A stretch of DNA of 63,776 nucleotides, filler included, from Platydemus manokwari (Eukaryota), in assembly GCA_037951405.1 (NCBI GenBank). It is 6 parts of 6 records of this genome, joined end to end, with 100 filler letters (N's around TTAATTAATTAA, not from the genome) between each part and the next. Parts side by side here need not be neighbours in the genome. Positions count along the whole stretch, not along the records: positions 13,424 to 23,006 come from JBBMOY011229432.1; positions 23,107 to 32,910 come from JBBMOY011202321.1; 4 more parts are not named here. The stretch is one strand, 5' to 3'. Each line of letters opens with the position of its first letter. Position 1 is the stretch's first letter. The position numbers and the translations under genes were made by a program. Below, piece after piece: positions 14,390-29,580 of this stretch. The notes under the pieces were generated by a model. That model did not search any database, had not been told where the DNA came from, and saw only the letters and a list, made by a program, of their open reading frames with translations.

Positions 14390-15021
14390 TGTAGGAGTTG
14401 ACTGCACATGTCAATTCGAGGAAGAAAAATATGCTGCAAGTGGTGCAAGCACAATAGCAGTATATAAGCGCTGACTTGCATTAAACCAGACACAGATTAA
14501 ACAGGACTAGGAAGGCAGATTGTCACAAAAATTACTAGAAGAATTGTCAGGAAATTGTACTGAGAACGTTTGGCCTTTTTGGAGTTAAGGACCCAGGAAA
14601 TAGGTTATTATTTACTAATTTGTAGTTTTGTAATCGAATACTCGTGGATAGTGCATCCCGGATATTGGTATCTCAATTAATAGTTATAGCAGAAAATATA
14701 TTGTATTAGGATATTCGGGGTAGTGAACTTCGAATATCGGTATTTTAAACAGAGGATAGTGGAGTAGAACGCCCGTAATTTAATTACGCTAGCCAGAATG
14801 TAGTAAAGGACAGAAGTTGTTCCTCGGCCGGTATCTCAGTATTGTGAGCGGAATTATTCCGTGATTTGACAGAACTTTTATTAAGGCTAGGCACGTAAGT
14901 GAAAACACCTGTATAATGTAATATAAATAAATATTAGTGAAAGCAGTGTTTATCTTTTGGAGTCAGATAGAATTTGTTAGGAAAAGTTATGAGTCTGTGT
15001 TGCAATCAAGTTTACCCAACA
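14390..15021 (+). mobile_element. Probable solo LTR (632 bp), with a diverged related fragment at about 15110-15330
   Basis: TGTAGG...CCAACA termini, TATATAAG at 14461, AATAAA near 14926, GC-richer than flanks; no clear TSD. Confidence 0.5.
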
Positions 15022-18000
15022 TTTATGTCGAATAATTACTTGGAAATAGCCAATTAATTAAAAATAATAAAATTAAATTTAAAGATTAAGAAGTAAAATT
15101 ATAAATTGTGTGATGTTCGAGGACAGTATTACTGAATATCGGTATCTAGCAAATTTGATAAGGGTGGTACTTATTTAGACCAGAACTGATCCTTTGGCCG
15201 CGATTTCAATTTTGTGCGCGGATTTGATCCGTATTTGCTAAAAACTCTTTTATAATGGTTGAACCCTTGTTTGTAATTTATTTTAACCATTATATATTGT
15301 GGTATTAATAAATTTTAGTGAGCAACCTTTCAGATAAATTTAGATAGAGTTTAGATTTTATGAGTTGCACAATGGAAACACAAAACTATATTATAATAAA
15401 GAAAAATATTTTTGACATTAAACACTAAATTATACGTAAATATATTAGTAAAATAAACACAGTGAATAGCGAGTAATACAAGGGAACAATACAGATAATC
15501 GATGACGACATTGATAAAAAATGCAAGATGAAATGTTAACACATCATGAAACGTGTACAACAAGTCTTGAATAAAGTCTATCGATATTAATTAAAACGTC
15601 AAACAAAATATTCTCCACCTGCGTGTCCATGAAGAACACATTGTTTGCCAGCTTTAAAAGAAAAAGAAACACATCTTGATATTTTAATGCACAGTACTCC
15701 ACACTCAATTGTTGATCGAAGTTTCTTTTTCATAAAATACGTTTTATTCGCATAGGTCTTATTTGATCCAAATAGGTGATCTAAAATAATGTAATCAATA
15801 ATCACATTTATATTAATCAGTATATACAAATCATTGAATTCAATTTGATGAATTCATAGCCATATACTTCCACTTCACACATATTCATTGCTTCTAAACG
15901 AATATATTTTGAAAAAATCACTGATCTTGCAACCTAAGAAAAATTATTTATGATAAAACCAGCAAATAATCAATACAAATCTATTTAAAGTAATATCAAT
16001 CTTGATGGCTCTCTTTACCGAACTATAATATCTATATCGGTACGACGTTGAACTTTTATTTGAAATGTCATCATAACTGCCAGAAATCCACAGCTGCCGG
16101 AGAATATATTCTGGAATTTATTGAAATGAGATATTTACAGAATAACAGGAAAGCCCACTTATCTTGTCAAGTCTAATATAAATTCGAATCATTGTAATGG
16201 TAGAAACATGATCGAGAATAACAGCCCAGTATTTAGTCTTATTCTCACCATAGCTTTGATAACACGAGTCTAAAAACGTGAATAAATCTATCGATCAATG
16301 AATGTATTCACCATTGCCATAGATTCCGTCAACAGCTTTCTTATGCGAATAATATATCCTGTCATGGAAAATATTGGAAGCATATGTTGGTCTATTTCTC
16401 GAAAGCAGTGTAACTAAGCAGTGTTTACTGATAAATATAAAAGTAAAACATGTTACCATTAACAGCATTGATATGAGATACCAGATAAAATGAAATAATA
16501 AGAAACGATTCAACATTTAACAGCAAATGATGCATTGCGAATTGAGATAAATTAAAATGCAAAATGAAATGACGTGACTTTATCAAGCTATAATATAGAC
16601 TTTAGATGAAATTTTAATTTTTTAGCCAATTAAAATTGAATAACTTAAAAAACTCTTTAAAATGCATACAAAATGTTTATATCACCGTGTTTGCGAGATT
16701 TTGATGACACGTAATTAAATTTGGTTTGCTCGAAGTTTATTGAAGGTTTCAAGACTTAATATTTTTGCTTTTATTTGTGATTAAATAACAAAAAGAACTA
16801 GAAAAATCAATAATGATTATCGATATTAATTCTTTTCTTCATAATACTTATAATTTTCATTCAAAAATCTTAATATTTTGATATCAGCCAGTAGTGTGTA
16901 AATATATATTATGTATAGTTGACGTCATCATAATTTAATACCAAATTTTATCGATCTCAAGTAAAAACGCATTTGTTCATTAGTTTTAAAAATATTTTTC
17001 TCGTATCAATAAGATGTAAATTTAATTCAAGTTGGTGATCAAACAAAATGTTACTCGAACTGCTCTTCATAAAAAATTAACGATTATTATAACTTCAGAT
17101 TAATTTTTTAAAATATTGATTTAAAAATTTGACGTGAAAAATGGACGACAATTGTAGAAAGTGATCTATTACTGTCAGAGTCATTGGCACACAAACTCAT
17201 CTTTACTCTAAAATCTCTCTAATTTCCAGGCAAATATTCTGTTTACACTTTTATGATTTCAAGTGTGTATGTGATATAATAAATGGTATACAGAGTTCAA
17301 TGAGGTACAGAACCACTCTGATCAGTAAAACATTAATAATAAAATAATACCAAAGCAGGATTTGCTTATAAAACCTGTTCAGATATATTATTTATTCTGT
17401 CTATTTAGGTTCTAGGATTTTATTTCTGCTTTTAAATTTATTATTTTAAATTTTATATTTATTTATTATTTTTGTTTTCATTCATTCAATCAATTAATGT
17501 TACATTTTTATTTAAATGTGATTTATATTTCCCTTTTAGATTTTTTATTATCGTTCCTTATCATTTAACATTATGAAATTGATTTTTAAATTTTCTTATC
17601 GATTTATTATAATTTTATTTTCTAGAATTCGATGAGAAGAATATAATAAAGATTTTCATACCAATAACATGAATAATTTCATTTCTAAGTCTCATTCTCG
17701 ATCATACACGCCAGCCTTAATAAAATATAAAATAATTATATAATACAAATTCTTTAGATTGAAGGTTCATTTCAATATATTATGAGCGTGAAGAAATGGA
17801 GGAGAGAATTTAAAAATAAAACGCAAAAATAATTCTAAATCAAATATTTTAGAAGAATTTAATACAATTTCGATTTGGTTAGTTTTCTGTTTTATTGTTA
17901 TGAAGAAGATTATTTAGGCAATTTTCAAAAGCTTTTTACATTTACTCATTCTTCTTAATTTATTCTTACTAATTTTTGCTATTTCAGCTATTTTGTGAAA

Positions 18001-19463
18001 CGTTGATGAAACACGCCCAATTCATCATACTGTTGAATTACTGGGTAATTTTCGACTTTTTTTATGAATATAGCTTAGACGACGAACAATAGTCGGTCCA
18101 AACTTTATGCTGTCTTCAATAAAATAATTATCTTTATTGCGTGTAATGGAAAATGATGTTTGGCTAATTGAATTTCCATTATTAACCCACACGATTGGGA
18201 ATTGTTGTTATGGTTATAATATAGAGAATAACTTTAAAAGTAGCAATATGATTAAATTTAATAGTAACAAACTATGACTTCATATAAGCTGATCTGTGTT
18301 GTAATTGGAAGCACCAAATGATAAATTGCAAGCAAAATGATCACAGGATGTTTAGAGACCATGTTTTCGAATATCGACGTGAAAAATTTAAAAAATTACT
18401 TGAAAAGTAACTTATTAAAATAATAATTTAATAAATCTCAAAAATTACGAAATGCCATTTGGATTCCATGGAAACAAGCTTAGCAAGCTAGTTTTTTTTA
18501 AAAAGTTGGAAAACAAATTAAGCATAATTTCCAACATTGGATGTGTACAGTACCGATTTTAACAATAATATATTTTTAACGAAACAATTATATATCAAAT
18601 TGATGCCAATATTTCATGGGGAATTTCATGGATATATTATTTTATCTTTATTTATATTTTTCAATATGCATTTTCGATTTTTCTTTTTGCTTTTAGTCAT
18701 TAAATTATTTCAATGTTGTGTCATTTATGCGCTTTTATTTATAATATGATGTTTTACGTGGGTTTTTCATTTATTGATTAAAAAATTTATTGTATTCTAT
18801 ATATATATATAGGAGTTATAAGGGTTAATCTTATATGGGTTAATACAAGCGAATAAAGACTGTAACACTGACCTATGCAACTTACTAGTACTTATCCCAA
18901 TGACTTATTTTTTAATAAGGAACCCAACCAGTGTCATTACAGATTGATTTTAATAGAATTTTTCGAAACTATTATTTTGAGTTTAATTAATTGCCTCGAT
19001 TCAGCAATTTACTGTTTAAATCGTTAGATTAGATATTACACTAACTTTGTTTGATTTCATAAGACTTGCATAACATTTTAGAATTGAAAAGAGGTAATGA
19101 TTATATAATTATATAATTTATTAAGTGATCAAATATGGATGGCATATTTTGTGTCAGATATAAATTTTATGATTTCAGATTTCAAATGTGGAGTGCCATT
19201 TACTCAAGATAATTATGATTATTTTGTTTGAAATATTTTTTTTTAATGCAAACCATTTTTCAATTTTAACCAGAGTATCTCGACAGATATTAGATAAATG
19301 GGTTTCCTGATATTTACATGCCGTAGCATTTGATTATTGGTTAATTTTTATTTTGATCATTCTAAAACGTCTTGTTTCTGGCTTTGTTATTAAAAATATC
19401 AGTTTTCTATTATGATGTGATAAAAAGATTAAAAATATTGAATAAATTATCCATAATAGTTAC

Positions 19464-19686
19464 TGTGTGAGATGTTTATCGTGAATTAAATTTCAATATA
19501 ATTCAAAACAATTTTCATTCACATTTTATTCAAATTTTATTCAGATTTAATTTAATTTTATAAAAAATTGAATTAATGTAAAATTGGAAAATTTTGTTTA
19601 AATATTTTGATTTAAAATAGATTGTTTGTGTCTTGACTTTTCAGTTTCCTTATAATGTGTGGCTTTCAAAATAGTAGCGGCTAAGA
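19464..19686 (+). mobile_element. Solo LTR of the TRIM-like family
   Basis: Starts TGTGTGAGA, ends ttttcagttt...aaaatagtagcggctaaga (family 3' end); perfect 5-bp TSD GTTAC at 19459-19463 and 19687-19691. Confidence 0.72.
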
Positions 19687-22600
19687 GTTACCAAGCCTAA
19701 AATGTATCTCACTTCATCAACATTTATAATATTAGAAAAATTTGGTTTTTATCAATCAGTGCAAGAGTTGGTTTTAAATCTTCTTTGAAAATAATATAGC
19801 TAATGTCACTGCCGTTTACAGATTGACAAGCTATTATTTTCAACAATATTTAATTCCCATCTTATAATTATCTTATAAATGCTAATCAAAATCTAGAGAG
19901 AAAATCACTTAATTTTTAACATACACCATTGCGTGTGCAACGTTCATTAATATGAGTTTGACAAAATAGTAATAAATCGAATCCAAAGTGGCTTTTATGA
20001 TCTTCCTTCAAGTTAAATTAACACAATTCTTTATACAGATTTATAAGAGAAAATATCTCAGGAATTCTACTGCCCTTCTTTCAGAAGCTACACTGGAAAT
20101 CGGCATGGTAAAAGATTAGGCTTTATTTTATTACTTACAGCCAATCACAATTCATTTCGTATGCTTTCTTTTAGATGTGTATGCAGTATTCGATATGGTC
20201 TCATTAGTATGATTGCTTTTCTTCTTGATATTTATAGTACTCCTTGTTCATGTGCGCTATGCATATCAATACCCGGCTTGATTATTACATAATTATATTC
20301 AGGTATTATATAACAGGTATTCATTTCTATTTTGAATTTTCGTTTGTAATGAAACTATAGATCTTTGTGTCATCATATTTTATTAAATTTTATAAGCAGT
20401 TGTTTGATAAAAATCTGATGGAGTTGATAATAAGTCGATAAGCACTTGCATTTATCTAGAAAACTGTTTTGTACAGTGATCTCAGTGAACTCATTCCTGA
20501 TTTTTGAAGAAATTAATAAATTACTACTAATCAGTTCTATATTCTTCAGTTAGTTGTTACGATCAAATTATTAAAATACATAAAAGTATTCATAGATATT
20601 TAAATTATTTTGCTTTTGATTTCAGTGCTGTTTCATTAAAATTTGCCAAAATAATTGTCATTCTATTTCGTAGAATCTCGAGATCAAGGTAAAAATTTTT
20701 GACTTAAATAAAATATTTGATTAGGATTTATTGATAAATCACTGAGCGAATTTCGTATCATTAAAATTAACGTTTACTTAAGCTTGTTTTAAATTTCGTG
20801 TTTTTATTTATGAATTCTACTTAACTTAGTTTCTTAACTAAACGATATCTACGTAGTAAACTGACAATATATTTTTAAAAATTGTTAAAACTTTAATTTA
20901 AATACTTTGAATTTACCGAAATTCCAACAAACGAATCAAGATCTATTAATTTTTAAAATTGATTTTGTTACGGTTCCATCAGTACTACTTTAATTTAAAT
21001 AAAGTTGGTGTGTAAACCAGTCTCTGACAGCCAAATCATCAAATAAGCTCTGGTTCAGCTATGTTTGAGGATTATATCCCCATGTGACTGCCGTGCACAT
21101 ATACTATTTATTCACAATAATTTCGAAAATCATTGAAAATGAATTATTATAATTGTGAAATTTGGGGTACAGCTTTGAAAATTATTGAAGCATGAAAAGC
21201 ACATCAAAAATCAAAAAACATTTAGCTAAATATAATGCTTTTTATCATACTATTTTGAAAATTTTTAATTGAATTGAATTTTTAAATATTTTTATAATTT
21301 CAAGGAAAAACGAAAATTCTAAGTTTTAGATAGGGTAAGAATTTTTTACATAATTAAGAATATTTTCTTTTATATTGTTTAAATATACTGTTGTCTCATT
21401 ATTTCCTTGAATATCATGAATCAGATGTAAATAGGTTATAATCATTTGAAATTGACCTTTAATAAAAATTCCTAAAACAATCTCAAATAATTAATGAAAA
21501 TGATGAAAGGATATAAAAAATAAATAAAAATAAAAATTTATATAATTGTTTTTAAATATTTAATTTGATATCGCGCCTTTTCAGTTCGTTTTTGACGTGT
21601 GGTTTTTAAAATATTTAAAAACTCCGTAAAAACTTTCAAATTTTACTGGAAATATAATGAGGCGGATCCAATTTTCCTATATGATTGTTATTAAATGAAC
21701 TGGAAAATAGTTAAAATTTTCCATTTTAATTTTAAAACAACAATTCTTCCAAAACCAACAACGGCATTTTTAAAACAAATTAACGAGATAGGTTTTGTTT
21801 TAAATTTTATTCAATTTTAAAATATTCTAAAAAATACCAAAAAATTTAAAAATAAATTTAAATTTTTACATGATTTAAACCAAGTTTGAAATTAAAAAAA
21901 ATTCAGTCACAAAACAAATAAATTCATAATTGGAATATTGTAGATATATAAATAAATCACTTGCTCAAAAATAAATCAAATTATTTGTTTTACCAAATTA
22001 AAAATAGGCGTCGATAGAATAAAGGAAAAAAATATGAAGAAAATGACATTCTCCATTTTCGAATTTTATGTTTCAAAATTTAGTAAATTTATCATATTTT
22101 TAATTTTACTTATTTTAGGTCCTTAACTATTTTATTTGATTTTTAGGACATTTCATTGAAGATCAATTTCGAGTGCTAAAAACCCATCTAAATTTGATTT
22201 ATGATATTCGGAAAAAATATAATAAATTGAAAAAAAGAAAACAATAAAAAATCTTCGAATGAACAGCACAGATACCGATAAAAGAGTAAATTTAAATGAA
22301 GAAGATATAACAAAAATATGGAAGAAAAAGAAAATAAAAAGATTTTAATAATCGATAAAATGATCAAATCATGAATTAAAATGGCAAAAATTCAACGCGA
22401 TAGATTAAAAGTGTCGATATGAAAATTTAAACTTCGTAGTTTTCAATTTACTGTAGATTTACGTCTTTCCGCCGAAACTCAAATTAACGTTATAAATGAA
22501 ATTAACAATAATTATATTTCAACTTCCAAGCCTCTCCTGAAAATAAACTAAAATCTTCTGCCTAAATTATTAAAGAAGACATGAAATTAAAAAATAAATA

Positions 22601-25598
22601 AAATGTAAAGAGAGATGTATCTCTCTGTTTTTGTTTAATATTCAATCCTCAAATATAACTTTCAAATTCAATAACCATTTGAGGACCAGTTATTATTGTA
22701 GTGTTCCGTTATATACAGTTGAATAATATGTGTTAAACATTATAAATACTGCTTTGAACTTCGCTTAGTTATAATCAATATGCAAACCACAACTCATGAC
22801 TGATACTACAACCAAGTAAATCAGAGAAAAAGACATATATGGGCATCTTTTCAGACAAAAATTAGACGGTTGTATACAATTGATGCGTTTTGGGGTCACT
22901 CACTTTTCTTGTTATTATTATTTTATTTGTTTTAATTGATTAAATCGATTCTACGACTTAATCAGTGCTCTGAGTCCGTTATTGACCCTCAGGTAGCAGT
23001 GAAACCNNNNNNNNNNNNNNNNNNNNNNNNNNNNNNNNNNNNNNNNNNNNTTAATTAATTAANNNNNNNNNNNNNNNNNNNNNNNNNNNNNNNNNNNNNN
23101 NNNNNNATATTTCCTCATCAATGTATATAATCAAGTCCAGATCAATAAATTGTTCATGGAGAAAAATCCGTGTCACAACAATAACGGAATATGACAACAT
23201 TATAAATATAAAACAGTTCATATGAATCGATTGATTTGTCATAACATGACATAAATACGATTTCCACAATCTGAAATCATTGGAAAATAAAATAAACATT
23301 ATGAATTTGTTTCCAATTTACGGATTGCAATTCAGTGGATTAATGATGCAGGAAATTTTCTGTTGGTAATCGTATTTGAAATCTGAGATTGTTGGATTGA
23401 TTGAGGGTTAATTGATTAATAATTCAATGTCATAAATTGTTTATTTCCGACAGATGAAAAATAAAAATGACTTGTGACATAACCATTCCAATATTGCACT
23501 TGATTGATATTATGAATATTATGTTTGTGTTTGTCTGTTAATCAAGAGAATATATTGGGGATATTTCAAATATTTATGTCAAAAATAATTGTAAAACAAT
23601 AGACAATCCCATTAATATAATTTCATTTTCTTATCAATTTGTCAAAGCAAATGCATTGCATTTCGATTCCACAGTAGTATGTCTCTTACAATAAACAGAC
23701 ACTTCCTGTGAACAAGTTTTCGTTGAGATTTAGAGTTCATAAATACCAATTTAATAAAAACTGAATAATTCTAAATTAAAGATTTAGTATAAAAATGTGG
23801 GCATTTTTATTTAAATTAATAAAGAAGAAGACAAATCAGATGGAAATAAATTTTAAATATTTTAAAATTTCTTTGAAAATTGATTTGTTAAAATAATAAA
23901 TTTTTGTTGTGATGAGAACACGATTTTTGATTTGAAAATTAAATATGAAGAAAATTTTGGAAACTTACATATCATTATTTGAAAAAATCATATAGAATTG
24001 TTACAATTATAATATGAAAATTTGTCATTATTCAATATCCTAAAAGTGGGCTATCAACAGAATTATATGAATAAATCAAACATCTCAAAATAGCAAAAAT
24101 TTCATTAAAATAATAATAGATATATTTAAATAAAATTTGTATTATTGTATAAAAATTGTTGATATCACTATTTATTCTTATTCCCATTCCAAAATTGTTG
24201 AGTTAGAAATTAAACGTATTATTTTATATTTAATTAAAGATGGTTAAATTCGGATTTGTAAGTTTTATTTGGGTTCTTTAAGACACATCTCAAACATGGG
24301 TTATCAATATGGCATTATTTCCGAAACCAGGAGCTTTAACACCATAATAACGAAGAACAATTAATTTATACGACTTTGATCAAAAATGTTTTCCATACAA
24401 ATATTTTTTTTCTTCAATTCCGAATGAAAATATTCTTTGAATAAAATTATCGAATTATTTCATTTGGTAAAATCTATCATGGCAAAATTAAATCAAAAGA
24501 CCATTTTTCTTAAGTTAAGACAAATTCTGAGAGGACTGGCAATAATAACAATATTACTAGCTATAGTAATCTTATTTCAATTTGATCTGACTTTCTATCT
24601 CTAGTGATATTTAATAAAAAGAGTCGCGGTGTTAGTCACCGATAATGGTTTAATGGAATTTGGATTGTAAATAAACGAAATTCAAATAAACAAATATATT
24701 GATTCAATTGATATCAATTAACACAATTAATTCAGACAAATATTCTAATTTTCCATTTCAAAGAAAGCCCAATACAATAATTTATCAAAATTCAAACAAA
24801 CAAAATCTAAATAAATTATATTTAAGAATTAATTTGCTAAATAAATAATGTTTTAAATACTATGAGATTTTTTAGCAAGCTAAGTTTGTATAAAGTGGAA
24901 ATGTATAAATATAAATGTATCTTAACGTGTTACTGATTATTAAAATTTTGAAAAAGAGGTGTGTATACTAGTGTTTTTCACTAAATTAACAAAAATAAAA
25001 ATTATTTTTACCGTTTATCAAAGTGAATGGTTTGTGCTACTCGGTTCAGTTTTCCTTTAGGATAATGGAAATGGTATTTGGGAATTCTAGCTCGTTGCTC
25101 TAATTTCGTTCAGTAAAATTTGGTATTGTTCTGTTCAAAGACTTGTATTAATACTGTTTTATTAATCTTGTGTTGATGTATTAAATGCCTTTCATTTATT
25201 GATGGTTTCACAATTATTGGTTTTTCTAATATACATTCGAGCGATTTCTACTTTGTTTTTCCGCCTAATTTGAACATGTTCTTGCTTTTGGCTGTGGTAT
25301 TCTCAATCTTTCACTTTCTTTTTTATTTTTATTTTGTATTTTATTTTAATATTTTAGGAATAATTTCATTTTTTATTCTTCTTAATATATTATTTTTATC
25401 ATTTTCTCACAACCTTTCTTATCTTGAAAAATACAATTTATTAATTTAATAAATATTTATTATAAATTTTGTTCACATATCTAATTATTTGTTGTTTGAA
25501 GAATATCTAATTTATATAATAATAATATGAAAATTTGAAAATCTATTAATAATTAGATGATCATTATAAATAGAAAATATCATTGCCATGAAAAATGT

Positions 25599-25830
25599 GC
25601 CCTTGATTATAAAAGTGGTATAAGTCATATATTTCTTGTTTGGAGATATTAAGGGGTTTGCATTTTAAAGAATTAAAAAATATTTGTGTATTATGGAATG
25701 AAATATTTTGACAATTAATTAGCGCCGGTGAATCAGCATTTAATATGATTGTGAAATTTATTACCATTTTTAAATGGAAATTTGGTTTTGAAAGGTTGAA
25801 ATGACTTATACCACTTTCATAATCAAGGGC
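25599..25830. mobile_element. MITE-like element, 232 bp, 30-bp terminal inverted repeats
   Basis: GCCCTTGATTATAAAAGTGGTATAAGTCAT versus reverse complement of ATGACTTATACCACTTTCATAATCAAGGGC (1 mismatch). Confidence 0.75.
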
Positions 25831-28399
25831 TCAAATATAAGCGATCAATTTGATTTGTTTGAATATTTCGATTAAATAGAATTTGTTGTTTGAAGTTCTT
25901 AGATTCATTTTAAATTCGTAAATAGTAACGAATAACATCATCACAGGATATTTGAATTGGATTTTTAGAAGAATATAAGTATAAAAAATTAAATAAAAGA
26001 TTATATAGGAAATAGATAGAAAAATTAAGTTACACGGAATAAATAAAGATTAATATGTAGACAAATATTTAAGAATTAGTTATAGGGAATATAAAGAAAT
26101 TCAGACAGACAATGTGGTAAATAAATGTAGAATTTGAAAACATTAAATATGAAGAAAATAAAACATTTTAAAGAAAGATATCTGTAAGAATTATAAAATC
26201 ATTTGATATATAGATGATAATTTTAAATAGAAAATATATTGATATTAAAAAATATAAATGATCAATTCAATTTATTGAAATATTTTAATTGAACATACTT
26301 TGGTGGTTTGAAGCTCTTAGATTTGTTTTCAATTAGTCTTTATGAAATAGTTGAAGTTAACCAATGGTAATAACAATAATCTGTTACATTTTCATAAATA
26401 AATTTTTTATTATTAATACGCTTATTTCACAAATCTTATTAACATTACTTAAATCTCTGGTAGTATTATTTATGTGATTTCCAGTGATATTTAAGAATAA
26501 ATTAAATCCAATTATTTCATCCATATCGATATTTGATATTGAATTTCAATTTCCATTATCAAACAAATATTTTAATTAAAGAAATAAATGAAAAACGGAG
26601 TTCATCAGACATTCCACCAAAAAGAAACGGTTAATTACAATATTTTATATGACATCGAAAATAATTGTAATGAAAGTGATTTGAAAATATCAACCATTTC
26701 TTTGTATCCTATCATATCCACAGGACATTGGTGACAGTTATATTTTGTGTGAAGAAAAACATGGAAATTGTCAAAAATAATTATTAATTTCACTGCACAT
26801 TTGCATCAACTGTCTGCCGATTCGATCGTACCACCGGGGAAATACAATTAATTTAATATAATTATATTTAATTACCGATTTCTTATTTCAATGGACCGAG
26901 AAATTGGAGAGCAAATTATTAGAAAATAATCGAATCCGTGTGATTAGAGAAAACATCAGAAATCATAAATGCCAGCCAAATTATCGGCACAAAGTACAAT
27001 GAAACATGATTGTCTCAAATGGTAGATTAATTAATAATTAATATTTAATTGTATTTTGTAATCTATTCAGTGATAAATTATTTAATTATAGTTTAAAATG
27101 CTAGAATGAAACGATATCTAACAATTTATTATATTTTTATTAATAGATTTTTGAAAGTCGAAAGAATTAACCTTTCATTTATTATTGCCGAGCAACGATT
27201 TCATAGCACAATTTTACTTCAATTGAGTCTGTAATTACTGACATGATTTGAATTGAAATAGAAAATGAAAATTTACTAGTAATTCAGATTGAGAACAAAA
27301 TTTTCTTTACAAAAGCCGCTGTGAGACGGAATGATAAGGAACTTCATTGTAATTGTTCAATGAAAAATTAAAACCCTCCTTGCCCCTCATCGTATGTCTA
27401 AAGATCAAAGATAAAATGGTTCTCTTTGTATCCTACAACTTTAAATATTATTAATCATAGTTTTTATTAGTAATTTTTGATTAAAATTTTCTCGTAGAAA
27501 ACTACTCAAATTATTACTAAATGTCGGTTCTGAAATTTCAGTCGGGTATTTTTAATCTCTGAAACTAAAGCAGCAACATTCAATGAAACATTCTCAATTG
27601 AAGCTAAGCGTAATTGATATCCGAAATCGTAACAGAACAATTTACAATATCAAAATCTAACGTTTCATCATGCATTTGTTAGTTTACTAATCATTGGTAT
27701 ATTATTAACTAGTTTCTGATGATGAAGTAAATAATAAAACAACAATAAATGAATTTAAAAAACTTGAAGGATGATTATAATTAAAGAAATAATTGATAAA
27801 ATTTGAATTAATATTTTAAAATAAATATCGTTATTGATTCTAAAATTTTAAAATAAAATCGTTTTTCTAGTTTATAATTCATTAAATTCTTCTATTTTTG
27901 ATTAATTTAAAATATTTAATAATTATGCTTTAGTTTGATCCAATTTGTGTTGAAGTTTATTTTGTGTCGTGCTTGAATAAATTCGAAATTATTTTTGAAA
28001 AATAAAAAATTTAACTTGAAATTTTAAAACACTATGTTATATATAATATTTATAACGCTTATATTTTATTAACTTATATTTTATTTAATGTGTTATTTTA
28101 TTATTTTAAAACTATATAAAACGAAAGCAAATTTCTATCAAAGATATTTTGAAAGCGAACACAGTCGATGATTTTCATATTCTAATATTTAAAAACAACT
28201 TCCATGCATTTAAATTAAGCTTGTCGATTATTATTTAATATTTACCCAGAAAAAGCTATTTTAAAACATTTTATGAAAATGAGAATCCATCAAGCTGATC
28301 TATAGATACAGGAAATAATGTGAAGATCGTTTTAGTTAATAATATTTACTAATGCTGCAAGCCAAAATTTTTATTTCGAATATCACGATATTATACAGA

Positions 28400-29580
28400 A
28401 AACTAAATCGTCAAACAATCAATAAACAATACACAAACCATGAAGACTAAATGCTAGAAAATCACGCAAAAGCAGAGAATAAGGTATACCTATCAAAAAG
28501 TTGCTTGTGAAATCCAACTTCTTTTAAAGTCTTATCATCGTCTTCACGCGCGTACCAACAATTGGCAACAAACGGCAAAATTCACCAATAGCATGAGAAA
28601 TGTAAAAGAAATTTCTTAACAAACTGAGGTATGGTCGAGTATATTGAATGAAAATTGAAATTATTAGACATGAAGTGAGCATACACGATAAGCATATAAT
28701 AGGAGTTGGATTTCACGAGCATCTTCCAGTCTTTTTGGTTGGTAACTTCTGTTCTGTGTAACTTTTAAGTAATTTTCCCCCGCATATTGTAACAAGAACT
28801 TGGAATGAATTTACTTTGCAGCAGATGGATTCCTTACATTTTGACGGATAATAAGAAGAGAATCAGAGTCACTTACTGTCAAGAAATGTTCAATATTTAT
28901 TCAGCAAGAAGGGTGAGGAAAAGATCATTGTGATCGATGAAAAATAGATTTATCTTCGAGACGTATCTCCTAAATAATGCAACCGTGTTTGGGGGAATAG
29001 CACATGTGATCGTTCAAGTATAGCTAGGCGGACAATATCTGATCGCAAAGTTCTGATTATTGTCGCGAACAACTATGCAAAATCACTCACATATTTCAAA
29101 ATTCTTCACGACGGTGGATCCATCGACGCTGAGAGATACCTATAATTCCTGTAGAATATAATTTTAAACTTTCAAACAAGACTACCTACTTGAGATAAGG
29201 TCATTCAGCTGGACAATGCCAGACCTCACTTTAGCTTGATGAACATCTCGTGTCTCTATTAAAGCAGACGACCAACTGACAAACCTCATGAGTCACTTTA
29301 TCTTCAGGAACTACGAGTGCTACCGACACGGAAAAATCTTAGTAATTAAAGAGAGGTGAGCAACGATTTTCGCCAATATTTGGAGTTAACATCGGAGGCC
29401 AAAATCAGAAGCGAGTTTCAAAGTTTTACCGTCACCTCCAGAGTGTCATTGAAGCTGATGGCAAACTATGTTTAGGCTCTATTATGGTTTGCTAACACCT
29501 TTAGTATATACACCAGCAATTTTTACAAATAAATGTTTTAAATTGTATTTTTTTCAGATTTTGATAAGATTTCATCGAAA
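28400..29580 (+). mobile_element. Degenerate mariner-type transposase remnant (copy 2, same family as 4694-5621)
   Basis: KIIVIDEK* near 28920 and VIQLDNARPH near 29200; long shared tracts with copy 1, e.g. gagaggtgagcaacgattttcgccaatatttggag and gtcacctccagagtgtcattga. Boundaries approximate. Confidence 0.82.

Noticed and set aside
15599-16110. PIF1/Helitron helicase remnant (LHGHAG and DFWQL-like words)
   Set aside because: The motifs are in the wrong order on the minus strand and there is no GKT/S
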